Origin: Octopus vulgaris
Taxonomy: Eukaryota
DNA length: 64,000 nucleotides
Direction of reading: 5' to 3'
Assembly (NCBI GenBank): GCA_951406725.2
Contig: OX597828.1
Span: forward strand, 23,808,001 to 23,872,000
A program made the translations under genes and the position numbers. The notes under the pieces were generated by a model, which was not told the DNA's origin, searched no databases, and saw only the letters and a list, made by a program, of their open reading frames with translations. Shown here piece after piece: positions 43,463 through 57,800 of the stretch. The first letter of the stretch is position 1. Each line of letters starts with the position of its first letter.

Positions 43463-44969
43463 TCTACTACTACGAGAACAATAACAATGACAATATTGCT
43501 TCCAAATGAAATGTCGCAACATTGTCTATATCACACAGAAATTAATTAGTGTCTATTGAATGAAATCGACGTTATGGTTTCGATTTCCATTTGTAAATAT
43601 TTCCTTTCCTATTAATTCGTTAGAAAATTATCTTGGAGAAGACATCGACGCCACAAAATTACAAGTTAAAAATTTCTATAAAATATGTATTCTTCATGTC
43701 TGAGCCGGAATAAATCAATAACTCATTCGTTTCTCTGTCATAAATCTGCTTAGAACAGCAGTAACCACAATAGCAGCAGCAGCAGCAGCACTGACAGTAT
43801 CAGTATTATAACTATATATTCAAAAATAAAAAATATAATAATAATTATTAATAAATACAATTTTAAGAACAATAAAAACGCCAAAACATTGCATTTCCAT
43901 CTTAACTCTTATTTTTCCATGATTTTAAAAAAAGAAATTCAGACAATATTTCATTTTTCGTTCAGAATTTCTTTCATTATTTTTGTATTTAAATATTAAA
44001 TTTTGATGACTTCGTCATTCTATTTTGTAAATTTGGCAAAAAGAATAAGGAAGAACAAAATAAAAAAAAAATGATAGCCAAGCAGATATAACAAGAAATA
44101 TTTTAGTACCACGTCGAATTAACGTCAGCCTAAAACATTTTTTATGGTTAAATATTTATTCGAAGCACACCAACATACTAAATAGGTCAACTTACTGACC
44201 TCTCACGATAAGACATAGCGAAGAATATTTGATCAGCTCTTTTGCTCTCGTTGCCGGATAAGAAGATGGAGCTTGTGATGGCCAGAGCTTCATTTCCTGA
44301 CGACGTTTGTTGTGTGATATAAATAGCTATCGATCTAGAAATCGAACTGTTGTTTCGAACGAAAGACTTAAATAGATGCTCTTTCTTGCCCTTCCAGTTT
44401 GCTGTTGATGTTGATTTTGTTGTATAACTCAAGGATATGTCCATAACGCAGTATCCTTTAAACAAAATGTTTCGAAATTCTATTGTTTCAAGAACATGAC
44501 ATCGAGAACTATATAATCTTATGAACCCTCCTTCTTAAACTTAAGATTGTAGAATTCTATTTCTGCTGATGATTTAGTTTCTATAACGAGACGGAGATCT
44601 TGAACATTACCGAATAGCATGTCTGAATTAAATCATCATGTAAACAAATAAGAGGGCGCATGAGCTTGACCCTCTCTGTTTTCTCTAGAGTAAATAAGAT
44701 GAGACATAAAGGTTACCAACAATATAATGCTTTTCTGTACTATTTGTAATATACAGATTAATATGCACAAGTTCTGTTTCGGATTTTCATTTTTCTCCAA
44801 TAAATCTGCTTCCTTGGAGTCGATGATTGTCTCTAGTTTCTGTATAGTATGTAGAGTGGGGCACGAATATCACCTAGTATGTAGGATATATGGGTAACAT
44901 TTTTGTAGAAAACACAAGTTCGGTTCTCACTAAATCTCCATTCAAACGCTCTAACGACTGTTAGAATCT

Positions 44970-45125
44970 GGGAAGCACTCGGTCGGTTACGACGATGAGG
45001 GTTCCGGTTGATCTGAATCAACGGAACAGCCTGCTCGTGGAATTAACGTGCAAGTGGCTGAGCACTCCACAGACACGTGTACCCTTAACGTAGTTCTCGG
45101 GGATATTCAGCGTGACACAGAGTGG
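44970..45125 (-). mobile_element. Family F SINE tail fragment
   Basis: aacggaacagcctgctcgtggaattaacgtgcaagtggc matches 43210-43260. Confidence 0.65.
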
Positions 45126-45901
45126 CACTCTCTCCATACACAGCACTAATGTCACGAGCAGCTTTTGCGGCCTTAGAACCTTGATTAAAAGCAAAAAGAA
45201 GGAGGTGTCGAAACTACTCGTTTTTCTTTAAAATGCTCGTTTTCCATTTCAATGATCTGAAAATGAGCAAAAATTAAATAAAATTAACAAGAAAAGATAA
45301 CAATATAGAATCCAAATTGATTCAACAATAGAATTCTCTAAAAAAATAGATTCCAAAATTTAAAAACGCGATAAATTCCCAAATTTAAAAAATAAAAGGC
45401 GGAAACTTAGTTGCCAACCCAATATATAAATGATAAGGAGTTTTGAAAAAAATTGCGCAATACAGATGAAGATTTGAGCAAAATTTAAATATTGCTCAAC
45501 TTTTTCCAGAAAGTCATATCATAGAATATGAACAAATGAAAATAATTAGAAAATATATTTTATTACATTGCAGATATTTTTTCATGATTCTAAAACATAT
45601 CAAGAATGTCCTGTAGGCAACGAGACACTTTTCGATTATTTCTTTGACTAATTTCTTTTTATTTCTCTTTCAACTGGGGAACCTTTACCGAAATATCATA
45701 GTGGCATTAAACAACCTATAGCACTTGTTTGTCTTTGTTTTTATCGATTGGCGTCATATAACATACTTAGCCTAAGTTCTCACCTAACTTCTCAAAGGAT
45801 TTTCAACAAACATTTACATTGTATAATATCACACGATAAGCATCTTATCACACTATGTTCATAAGAATTCACGTCGCCAAAATTAAGTTAATTCTATATA
45901 G

Positions 45902-45935
<34 letters not shown>

Positions 45936-47750
45936 GTGAACAGATTTCCACAATAGGAACTTTACAAATATTCTAGAAATAGCATCACCGAGAGACAAAA
46001 GTCAAATATAAGAACAGAGATTTATATCTGATGCCATTGATTTAAAAAAATATAGTCATTTGTAACATTTATGTATTCCAATTTATTGAAAAGAAACAAG
46101 TTATGTTCAGAACAAAACATAGTAAGCCAGTTAAATAAATAATAAAAAATAAATCACAGAAAACATTTGCTATTCAATAATTAATATAGGGACTATACGT
46201 CTGGAACATTTTTTAAATGAAAAGCTTCAAGGAATGGAAGAAAAATAAATTAATGAAAAAAAAAAAAAAAAAAAAAAAAAACGAAAGGAAGCAAATTTAA
46301 TTTCTGCTTGAAACTAGCCATAACAAAAATCTTTAACAACATGACAATAAAAACAAAATGATGATAAAATATGACAAAAACATAGTTAAATGCGTGATTA
46401 AAATACTTGAAAATATTAGAATATTATGTTTTTTTTATTCTGTGTGTGTTTTTTTTTTCTGTGTATGTGACTCATCTGTAAATGTTATGAATAAGGGAGA
46501 CGCCAGGCCAGAGAACAATGGAACCAGCTAGCAACATATTAATGACTATATGAACAGTAACTGCCACTACAACTAATTTAGCAGCAACATTATGAGTTGT
46601 AATATATTTTCAACATTGGCACAACGTAAGAGATGGAGTGGAGAAGATGTAGGGGATTCGATTCAATTGATGTCAGCCCTTGATATTTAATTTATTGTAT
46701 CGTATCCAGCTTCCGATGTGTGATTCGCAAAGTCAACCAAGGCAAGGTCTAAATCATGTGTGTAAAATCAGGTAAGCAAAACAAACATGGCTTGTTTTGC
46801 AAGTTAATACCAGCATTTTTTGTGTAAGTGTATTATATAATGAATGCTTGCAAGTCGACCAACTTTCGTTCGAGCTAGAAGTAGATAGCTTTGTAGTAAT
46901 CGTTCTAGGTCGCTCATTCTGCATTCAAATGTAGCTGACATCGCTTCTGTTTTTTATAATCTCGGCGTCAATAAATAGGGTGCTAACCCAGTAATAGGTC
47001 GATTTTTATATCCTTTTTTTTTGTTTGCCACTCATCCATTTGAACAGATTTGGAAACATATAGGAACTTGGAGGTGTAAAATTACCCAAGACACACCATA
47101 CGTCACAGTTGAGCCCACTTTACAAAAAGATTGGGAATGAAAGTAAAACTAAGAAAATGTAACGAGTGTCGACGGGGCATTTCTCAATGAAAACTTTCTG
47201 GATTTGCTTATCATGTAAAATTGGAAAATCCAACTGTGCTATACCGCTAACTTTAGTGACTATTTAAGCAATTTGTTTTGGATGATCAATGTCTTGGATG
47301 TGGTACTAAAGAAGGAACAAGAACCTTGATATATCCATATATAACCATTAATTATTTTACTGTTTTCAATCGCATTCTTTACACAGACGCATTCGTATAC
47401 ATTTGTAGAGATAACTGTTCGTATACATTTGTAGAGATAACTTTTAAAAAGCGTTAGACTATACAGTTAAGGCACCGGGAATAATTTTTAGTCAATTTAA
47501 ACGATAAAAGAACTAAAAACTAATACTGCTAGTGTTAATGAAAGCCAATGTTAAATGTGCAAGAAAGAATATTTAATATTTCAGACAAAGGAGAAATGCA
47601 GGCGGTTGAGAGTTTGATCTTTGTAAGCCTCAGTAGTAATAACTTCTTAGCGAAACAGCGTCAACGCATTGTTTCTAAGGTACGTTGAAATTAAACATTG
47701 CGGAGACAACACGACGCGGCAAGATGACAGCCTACAGTAAACTATATATT

Positions 47751-47984
47751 ATTTCTTTATTGCCCACAAAGGGGGATAAACATGGAGGGGACAAACAAGG
47801 ACAGAAAAAGGGATTAAGTCGATTGCATCGACCTCAGTGCGTAACTGGTACTTATTTAATTGATCCCGAAAGGATGAAAAGCAAAGTCGACCTCGGCGGA
47901 ATTTGCGCTTAGAACGTAACAGCAGACGGAATAACGCTAAGCATTTCTCCCGGCGTGCTAACGTTTCTGCCAGCTCGCCACCTT
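47751..47984 (-). mobile_element. SINE family D with candidate TSD
   Basis: Full body. Direct repeat AAACTATATATT on both flanks. Confidence 0.85.
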
Positions 47985-48518
47985 ATATAGCAAACTATAT
48001 ATTTTTAAAACAGAAAACACCGCTACGTCATTCTCTAACATCTATCTAGTTATCTCATAAGTGAATTCATTTTCGTACCCGCCTTCCAAATCCATAACAC
48101 GTTGTTGTTCTCAAGTCTTAGAAGCACTACATTACATTCACTTCGCTTCTCTGGTAGTTGTCATGCGAGTGAAACACACATATAGTTATCACCATGCACC
48201 CCCATCCAATTCCTGTTCATGTCCTCTAATTGAAATTTCAGAAGATCTCTCTCGTTAACGTTTTGAAAAGTGTTGTCATTAACACTGAAGACCTTCATTA
48301 AGAATGATGGCTTCAGTTGAAGGAATTTAATCCACGACATTCCGCCCTGTAAATGATAGCTCGCATGAAATTATTAATGGGAGATACGGGGGGAGAAAAT
48401 GAGACCCCCAACAGCAAAAAAATTGGGAATAGAATGAAAGAAAACCAAGCAATATATAGATACATACATAATACATACACACACATATATATATATGTAT
48501 GTGTGTGTGTGTGTATAA

Positions 48519-48597
<79 letters not shown>

Positions 48598-48768
48598 CTT
48601 ATGTATATATGTATATACACATATACGCATATATATCAATATAGAACACACAAATGCATATACATAAAAATGGCTACATAGAAAGTTAGATCGATTGATA
48701 AATTCACACGCAGTCATACATGCATATAGATAGATACATACGTACATACATATGTATACATACATACA

Positions 48769-48839
<71 letters not shown>

Positions 48840-49599
48840 TAAGGAGGACAACAAACGCTAAGGCAAGATTCATTTAAATATAAAGAGCAAAGCGATTGCA
48901 TATCACTAGCCAGTTAAGTACACTATTTAATTAATCGAAAATACAATACATGTTATCCTGGGCATCCCATGTCAGGGGTATTGTTCCACTTGTGGACTCT
49001 GGCTAAAAGAAGCACTCAAAATTTCAACCCATAAAACACCACAATTGATCAATAATGGATGTGGATTAAAAAATATCTTTAACATATTACTATAAACATA
49101 TTACAGAAAACTCCCAGCAATTGAAATAAAAACGATCGAAACCAAATAAGCTTATTCACTCATAAAACCATTACATATAAACCGCAAGCTAATTGGTTAA
49201 AATAAAGCCGGGATCAATGCTAGTAATATCGAAACGTCCGGTAAACTGTGACGTTTAAGTTGCATGCTGATTGGTCAAAACCGTATTTCAAAAATTCAGC
49301 CTTTTGGAGCCTTCTAAGAGGTACGAAAAGGAAGAAGTCAGTCATTTTGCTACAGCTGTCAAGACCTCGACTACAGCTTAGATACATTTTGAAATCAGAT
49401 GATTACTACGAACGTATGAAAGCGCTAACTGAACTTTAGGAACATTACAAAATATTTTTTTAATGTTTACCACACTTCGGCATGGTAAAAAAAGATTATT
49501 TTAAAAAAATACCATTATAAAAAAAAAAACTTGAAAGCCTGACCATATTTTAACTTTATTCAACTGATATATTATTCTATACACGTTTACACAAATTCA

Positions 49600-49649
<50 letters not shown>

Positions 49650-50185
49650 GGAGAAATACCCAACACGGAATTCACATTTTTACGGGCGTAAAAGGGTAAT
49701 AGTTTCTGAGTGATGTATTATTAATTATATCATGTTATTCGAAATAATAAATTTCGGTTTGTTTACTGAATTATTTATGAAGAAATGTGAGAGAAAATAT
49801 GATGGAGGGAAAAATACAATAAGTTATGTTAATATGAATTAACACATAGCGTGTTCATTAAATTTTTAAACATATATATAGAAAATGGAACACATTTTCG
49901 CGATGTAGCTGTAAGTAATAACTACGATATCTCATCTATCAAAGGAGAACACATTGTCATTAAGCAAAGCAAAGGGATATCGATTAAACAGTGCAGTCCT
50001 AAATGTACAATGTTTAAAATTTTGTATTTTTATATTAGAGTGCTAGGAAAAAGGGTACACAGAATTGCGGAACCAGAGAGCATGTGTTGTGTTAGTTAAC
50101 CAGCATGAGATAACAGCTAAATATCCATATGATCAAATCGTATAGTTTAAAGGAATAGTTTTAAAAATAAAATTTTATGCGCCCA

Positions 50186-50488
50186 TTTCAAACCTAGCAA
50201 GGCTCACCGGCCCGGTTTCCCGGTTTCTGGGGCGTATGTGTCCCCCACACCCACCAGCTGGGCGGGACGCCAGTCCATCGCAGCGTTACTCAAGAAACAG
50301 GAAGAGAGAGTGAGAGAAAGTTGGGGCGAAAGAGTACAACAGAGGTCGCCACCAACCCCTGCCGGAGCTTCGTGGTTCTTTAGGTGTTTTCGCTCAATAA
50401 ACACACACAACGCTCGGTCTGGGAATCGAAACCGCGATCCCCCGACCGCCAGTCCGCTGCCCTAATCACTGGGCCATTGCGCCTCCAC
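50186..50488 (-). mobile_element. SINE with family-A head and body but family-G tail
   Basis: Head is the reverse complement of 14981-15100. Tail cccggtttcccggtttc as at 42860. Confidence 0.85.
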
Positions 50489-50616
50489 TAAAGAAATATA
50501 TAGTGTACGATACGAACATTTGCACGGAGACAAAGGGACACATTGATAAATATTTCTTGGATTATAAACTTCTAGTTAAAAGCCACTCGTTTTACTCAGA
50601 AGAATGAAAGAACACA

Positions 50617-51005
50617 TTTTTATATATAAAAGTCAAGTTGTGTGTCTGTCTCCTACGATTTAGATTCCTAACTACTCCCACATTTTGCGGTGCAGTGTAA
50701 CCAAAAGTGGGTATCTTATAGTCGTGATTCAAATCGAGCCCTTCTGGGTATTAGCGCGCGTCTAGGATGAGTCTACGATTTAAAAAAAAAATTACCATAA
50801 TTTTTTCACATTTTAATGCATCTTTTCGCTATTATATAAGGGAAGTAACTCTCTACGATGAGTCAACGATTTAAAAAAAAAAATTACCATAATTTTTTTT
50901 CCATTTTTAATGTATTTTGTTGCTATTTTTTGGCTATAACTCTCTAAAAATGCTTATATAGTTATTTCCCTTACAAACCTGAGCAACGCCGGGCGATACT
51001 GCTAG
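50617..51005 (+). mobile_element. Non-autonomous Helitron
   Basis: 5' T..TATATATAAAA start, 3' GC hairpin cctgagcaacgccggg ~10 nt before CTAG|T, internal direct duplication (gatgagtc.acgatttaaaaa..attaccat twice). Confidence 0.8.
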
Positions 51006-52152
51006 TGATTTATAAAACCCAAAAATAATGCATAGTTTCGATGTGCTATTAGCAAACAAGTCATCGATATTATTTTAAGGTGGAATATTCACAATGAAGA
51101 CGGAATAGCTATCGAGAATTTATAACCTTGATCTGGTTATTAGTGACATGATTGTAATTAAAGCTTCTCAGGTAAGCCCATGTCATAGAGCCACGCCCGC
51201 CCGCTTATATATATATATATATATACACAAACATATATATGTATATATACATACATATACACACATATACATGAACACACACACAAGCATATATATATAT
51301 ATATATATATACATATATATATGCCGGCTTAGAATGTACCAACTACCTCAGTGTCTTGACACTGCAAAAACGGTACGGACTAAGGCAGCAAGCGTTCCAG
51401 ATTTTACAGGGTGTCGGTTGGGGCGCCAAACAAGATAGACAAAATGATCTGGTGTTTTCAAGTAGATAATTCTTTGGCATGCTAAATGGAATCAGTGCAA
51501 ATTGTGTGCCTTGTCATGAAAAGTTTATTTAAAATTCAATTTGAATAACATTTAACTCGATCACTTTGTAAACCCATTGAATGTCAAAGCTAGCTACATT
51601 TTGCCGCACCCTGTACACCATATTTTCCCAAACATCTAACGTTGAAAGAAAGTTAAAGGGAAAATCCAAACATATCATTGCACATAAATTATATATATAT
51701 ATATTTCCACCAAGATATAGGCAATTAAAGAGTGATATAAATGTACAAAGTGTTATGGAAATATTAATATTCTAACTCTCGATTTTGTCATCTGTCTTAG
51801 AATAGTAATATCCGATCAATGAATTTCAACAATAAGTACGTTGTTATTCATATTGCCATCACGAAATGCGTCGACATGTGATCAATGTTGTGAAAATAGA
51901 CGAAATAATATTTAACTAAAAGCTAACTTACTATTCTAAATTAAACTGTGTATAATGTATATATATAAGAATGCGTGCCTATAGATACATACATACATGA
52001 GGGAGTGTACATTTAAAGCCTAAGTATTCGAAAATAGTATACACATTTTTCAGTTTCCATAGGAGAGGAAATGAGTAGTCAAATCATAAATTTTCGATTT
52101 ACAGACACATACCCGCACACATACACACACGTACAATACAATAAACACACAA

Positions 52153-52210
<58 letters not shown>

Positions 52211-52228
52211 AAATACATACATGCATAC

Positions 52229-52313
<85 letters not shown>

Positions 52314-52620
52314 TATATAAATATACAGATATATACATAGTAAAAGGTACAGGAAGAGAGATAGGCAGAGAGCGAAGCAGATATCTGTGTATCGTTATAA
52401 ATGTATGCTTCTCAAAACATACTTCTCAAAATAGAAATAATCTCTATATTTATCTAAGAAAAATTATACTCGTGCAATTTTGCATCAATAACAAATGATA
52501 TAGTGTTATGCGGTCTAAGTCAGAACCAACATGACGTATATGAGAAAGCGAAATTGCCATATGGGGAAACCAATTTCAAAGCTAACCGATTCATGTTATA
52601 TATACAATATATATTTACAC

Positions 52621-52679
<59 letters not shown>

Positions 52680-53541
52680 ATCCCTCGCGGTTCACCTATC
52701 GTAGTTTATTTTTCAAGTATACGTCTTACAAATATGAATATATTTTGAACAATAACGTTATCCTAAATTTATTCAGTAGAAATTTCTCCACACCACTTCT
52801 GCATCACAGCCCACGCTACAGTCTAATTACCATTCAACTGAACCCCACAAACCTCACAAAACTTTTATCACAACAGAGAATATATAAAGCCAAGATTAAT
52901 TTAATGCATCATAGACAGATGACGGCATAGCTAGCCGAGACTTCGAAGTCACTCTCAATAACATATATGTACATACATACACAAACACACACTCTCTATA
53001 AGACTGAAAATGTGACTTAGGTTCTTTAACTCTCGGTGACAGAGTAATGCATCACTGACGAAGATTGATTTAATCTGAAATCAGCACTGATGTGACTCCA
53101 TTTCGCTTGTTGTAATAAGGGAGCCCGTCCCCCTTGTCAGTCGTTAGAAAAGTGTTCCCACGTGGCTAAAAGTTGCATTGATGAATGGAAAAGCGTGACA
53201 AGAACTTGTCGTATGAATTACTGGTGCAGCCTATGTGGCAGAAGTATACACATTCTCTGTCTAGGCGCCTAAAAAAGTTCTCATAGAAAATAAAACATCA
53301 AACTCAGGCAATATCAAATATTATCTACTTAAGATGTTAAACATTGGATTTGAAACAGAAACCTTGTGATCAGGAAGTGACTTTCATAGTCATGCTGTCC
53401 TACTCTGCCTATATGTATGTATATGTATGTGTCTGCGTTTGAATCTAAATATATTCATAAATAATTACACAAAAATATGTGCATTTATGTGTGTGCATAT
53501 GTGTGCATGCAAACAATTATAAATATATATGTATGTATATT

Positions 53542-53602
<61 letters not shown>

Positions 53603-53631
53603 ATTTTTACATATATATATGTATCATTGTG

Positions 53632-53673
<42 letters not shown>

Positions 53674-53873
53674 TATATATATACATAAATACATACATAC
53701 ATACATACATAAATACATACGTACATACATAGGTATGTATGTATGTCCGCATATAATTACTTTGCACTACATCATCGAAAGCGAGACGCCTCTCTGGGTG
53801 AACTCTATAAATATTCCCGAGTGATTAGCTATTCATGGAGATAACCTCGCAATAAAAACTATTGATCAGAATA

Positions 53874-54363
53874 TCTTGAGTTTAACTTCTCATCTTTGTT
53901 CAAATTCAGCGTTATAGTGATTGTTCAAGTAAGTGTTCATTGTTACTATCCTGAAGACTATAAACATGCATGGATACACACACACATATATGTATAAATA
54001 TACATACTTATACACATATATATATATACACAAGTATATTCATATATACATGTGTGTTTGTGTGTGTGTGTGTATGTGTGTGTGTATTAAATGATGTACT
54101 CACTCGTTGAAAACGAGGTATGAGCGTTCAGCTTTTGTCGATTGACCTGCACAAGTGTTCAAATGTTCGCGTCGTACATTAGCTCAGCCTCCAGTCAAAT
54201 CAACGTTGTCTGATCGATGTACCACACCTCAGTGATCGCAGTGCAGCGTGGGATGAAGTGTTTTGGATAGTGTTCAGGATAGTAACAATGAACACTTACT
54301 TGAACAATCACTATAACAGAGAGTGCACTGAATTTGAACAAAGATGAGAAGTTAAACTCAAGA
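53874..54363. repeat. ~82-bp inverted duplication (53874-53955 / 54273-54363), second arm inside a SINE remnant
   Basis: Arms are identical apart from one ~9-nt indel. Confidence 0.85.
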
Positions 54364-54489
54364 GCACAACACACTAACCAGTATAGAAATTGAAACCACG
54401 ACCTAGCGATCGTGACTGTAACACCCTTATCTCTTGGCCATATAATATAACATAATACATAATATGCAAGTATTGTTTCTGTGTTCCTT

Positions 54490-54677
54490 TTCGAGCCATG
54501 CCTGGCGAAAGAGTAAGCAGAAGTTCGCCATTACCTTCTTCCGGAGTAGCGTGGAGCTTAAGTGTTTTACTCATAAACACACACACACACACACACACAT
54601 CGCCTGGTCTGCGATTCGAACCCGCGATCCCTCGACCGCGAGTTCGCTGCTCTAACCACTAGGCCATGTGCCTCCAC
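54490..54677 (-). mobile_element. Family G SINE with internal deletion
   Basis: Head reverse complement cgcgagttcgctgctctaaccactaggccatgtgcctccac. Confidence 0.8.
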
Positions 54678-54691
54678 TTCATGCATGTATA

Positions 54692-54807
<116 letters not shown>

Positions 54808-54942
54808 GTATAAAAATACATATAAAAATACAAAATGGGACAAGAACGCAAATCATTCAAATAGACGATACAAAAAACGGCCGGGTCATTCGAAGCCTCT
54901 AATCTTCAGTCAAGAACCGGATCATCCTCGCAATTTCGGCTG

Positions 54943-55002
<60 letters not shown>

Positions 55003-55769
55003 ATTGTGTTTACGCATATAGTAATGTTTGTATTTATTCGAAATTATTTATAAACACAATTTAACATTAATATGAAATGTCGCTTCATAATTAGTTGTAA
55101 AGTACAAAATATATTTCTACATGGAGAAGTTTAGTAGTGACTACGAAATTTCGGATTACTTCCATGAAAATGTATTTCAAATGGGATAGAATTTCTCATG
55201 TTTTTAATCTTTCACCTTCTTCCTGCTTATCATTCCACAACTTTTTGGAAAATGTTTTTTATGCTCACCGCTGTTTCTCTGTCATACTATCTTTTGTTTC
55301 TGCTCTTCTTGTCTTCTAATAAAGGACTAATGCCGGGAAAGTTAAGACAATTTCTTGTTACGTTTAATTGCTAATCTAAAAGCGGATTTGTCATCATTTC
55401 TTCTTCGTACGTTGCTCCTTTCCATGTTTACTGTTTTTACACTGCATACACACACGTACACACTCTCACTCGCATTCACAGATTCATACACACACACACA
55501 CACTAACTCGCTCACACGTACAAAATCACTCACTTGCACATTACACTTACACTCACAGACTCACTTATACGGACACACTCACACGTACACAATCATTCAT
55601 ACGCACACACACATATGCATACATATACGAGCATACGTACGTATACACACACACACAAATATTCACCGACACTTATAATTATATGTATACAAACATACAC
55701 ATATGTTCATTTTTATCAAAAACCTTGTTATGGTCGTGAGCGACTCTATTAAGAGGAAAGAGTGACCTC

Positions 55770-56416
55770 GGATCTGTTCCTTTTGAACGGCAGATGTCAA
55801 CACAATTTCTAGTTAACTAAACACTTTTAAACTTCGTATACTTGTAGAATGTGTTTATAAAACTTCATTTTCTCTTGGTTTTATTGAGAAAATTCTATAG
55901 TTTTTTAAGATATTTCGTCTGAAAATCCGAGCATTTCGGCATTTTTAACCAATCGATTACCTCCATTCAACTAAAATCATTTGCTGCGTCTAAAGCTGAG
56001 ACAACATCCTGTAACTAACCCTAAACCTCGCCCCTAACCCTAAACCTAACCCTAATTTTTTTTTCTTAATTGTTAAATTAATTTAATTCCATTGCTTTAT
56101 TTTTTTTTACACGCCTAACAATTAAATTAATTTAACAATTAAGAAAAAAAAATTAGGGTTAGGGTTAGGATTAGGGGGGAGGTTTAAGGTTAGTTACAGG
56201 ATGTTGTCTCAGTTTTAGACGCAGCAAATGATTTTAGCTCAAAAGAGAGCATAGGATTGGTTAAAATTCGAAAAGTACGTTAAACAAACAAATTACAATT
56301 TTCTCAAGAAAGCCAAGAGAAAAAAATTGTTTTATTTTGATACATTCTACCAGTATACATAGTTTTGAAGTGTTTAGTTAACTAGAAATTGTCTGCCGTT
56401 CAAAAGGAAAAGATCC
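55770..56416. mobile_element. 647-bp foldback DNA transposon (non-autonomous) with 8-bp TSD and internal telomere-like repeats
   Basis: Ends GGATCT..ccttttgaacggcag / ctgccgttcaaaagg..AGATCC. TSD GTGACCTC at 55762-55769 and 56417-56424. Arms pair up to a ~31-nt loop. CCCTAA/TTAGGG blocks at ~56017-56055 and ~56153-56192. Confidence 0.9.
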
Positions 56417-56636
56417 GTGACCTCAAATAATTAAAAATGTATCTGACAGTGTATTATTAATTTTAATACAGGCAGGGATATGTTACTGTTTTTTTTTTCT
56501 AGAAGCATTAACAATTGTCGCTCGCTTATTGTTGTCTTACTTCAACTAAGATGCAAATTTCTGTTGATCATTTTCCCGCGCAGTTTGTACACTTCTGTCC
56601 GCCTAAATTAAAAAGTATATTAATTTAAATATGTGT

Positions 56637-56678
<42 letters not shown>

Positions 56679-57129
56679 AAAAATTCAACATCAGCAGTCT
56701 GAGTGGCTAATTTGCTTTTGTTGAACTTTATAACCTTGGAAATGCATGGTTTATTCTAATGGTGAAATTTTTAGCAAGATTTCTACCAGCAAAATATCTG
56801 TCCTCTTATTGTGTTGGCGCCAAGTGTATAGCTTAACAAATGAGTGATAACATTGCAATATATCCCACGTTGCCTACTAATAAGCTACTTGTTAACTTTC
56901 GCTTGACGCATGAAAATAAATTATACTATGAAAAGTTATTTTCTAATTTCTTATACTTATTTTTACTTTCATAAAGTGCTAGTAACAATTCTTATTGAAA
57001 TTGTTATCGTTTAATAACTAAGAGGAAAATATAAATCTAGTGAGAAATTTTACATGCGCACATGCCACAACATAGTAAAATATAATATTAAAGTTTATTC
57101 TTAAATAAATTCGTCAGCACCAGGAATAT

Positions 57130-57800
57130 TATCTGCTGGGAAGAGAGTTCTAGGAAGACGATTTGTTGTGGTACGATTGGACATGTTTGCTAGAGGATTG
57201 ACTGTCAATGGAAAGACCAGCAAGTTGAGAGTGTCTGGGTCTGATGTTATGACATTCGATAACTGCGTGAATCCAAAGCCTGGGTATTATCTGTAGAAAA
57301 AGCCTGGAAGCAGATCATTTGTAGGAGAACAAATGAAGTCTGATGCTGAGGGAATTTATACTAAACTGTCTGAAAGTTTTTTGTTTTCATTTGCAGGATT
57401 CTAAGGTGATTGCATGTATTGCACCAACATGCTCACAATCCGCATCCCTGAGGTTAGCAGGGATATATGTCTATATGTCATTGACGACATATAGATTTTC
57501 TATAATACTACATGATGCAGTAGTCTCTGAAATATTGAGGATGAACACTAGAGGAAATCATCAATGAATCCTTGCATTTGCAGCTGATGTTGAGATTCAT
57601 GTTTTCGATGGTCTTGGCAAATCGTACTTTATTCATAAGGGTTGTAGTTTGTTGCTTTTGCACTGGTGAGGGGTACAACAATGAAAGGAGCCAATGGAAT
57701 GATGTTTTGCATGAAATTTGTATGTTGCATCAAGATGGCGACTGGTTGGGATAGGTTAAGCAAAAGAGAAAAAAAGAAGACATAATATGGACAGGAGAGG
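57130..57800 (-). mobile_element. Possible very old LINE (APE-type) remnant
   Basis: Only a weak motif (GFTQLSNVIT..TLNLLV) resembling the APE C-terminus. No clean frame. Confidence 0.25.

Noticed and set aside
47392-47442. 25-bp tandem duplication ttcgtatacatttgtagagataact
   Set aside because: Simple two-unit slippage duplication with no other signal.
56017-56192. Telomere or fusion-site interpretation of the CCCTAA/TTAGGG blocks
   Set aside because: Short, degenerate and internal to a TSD-bounded foldback transposon.
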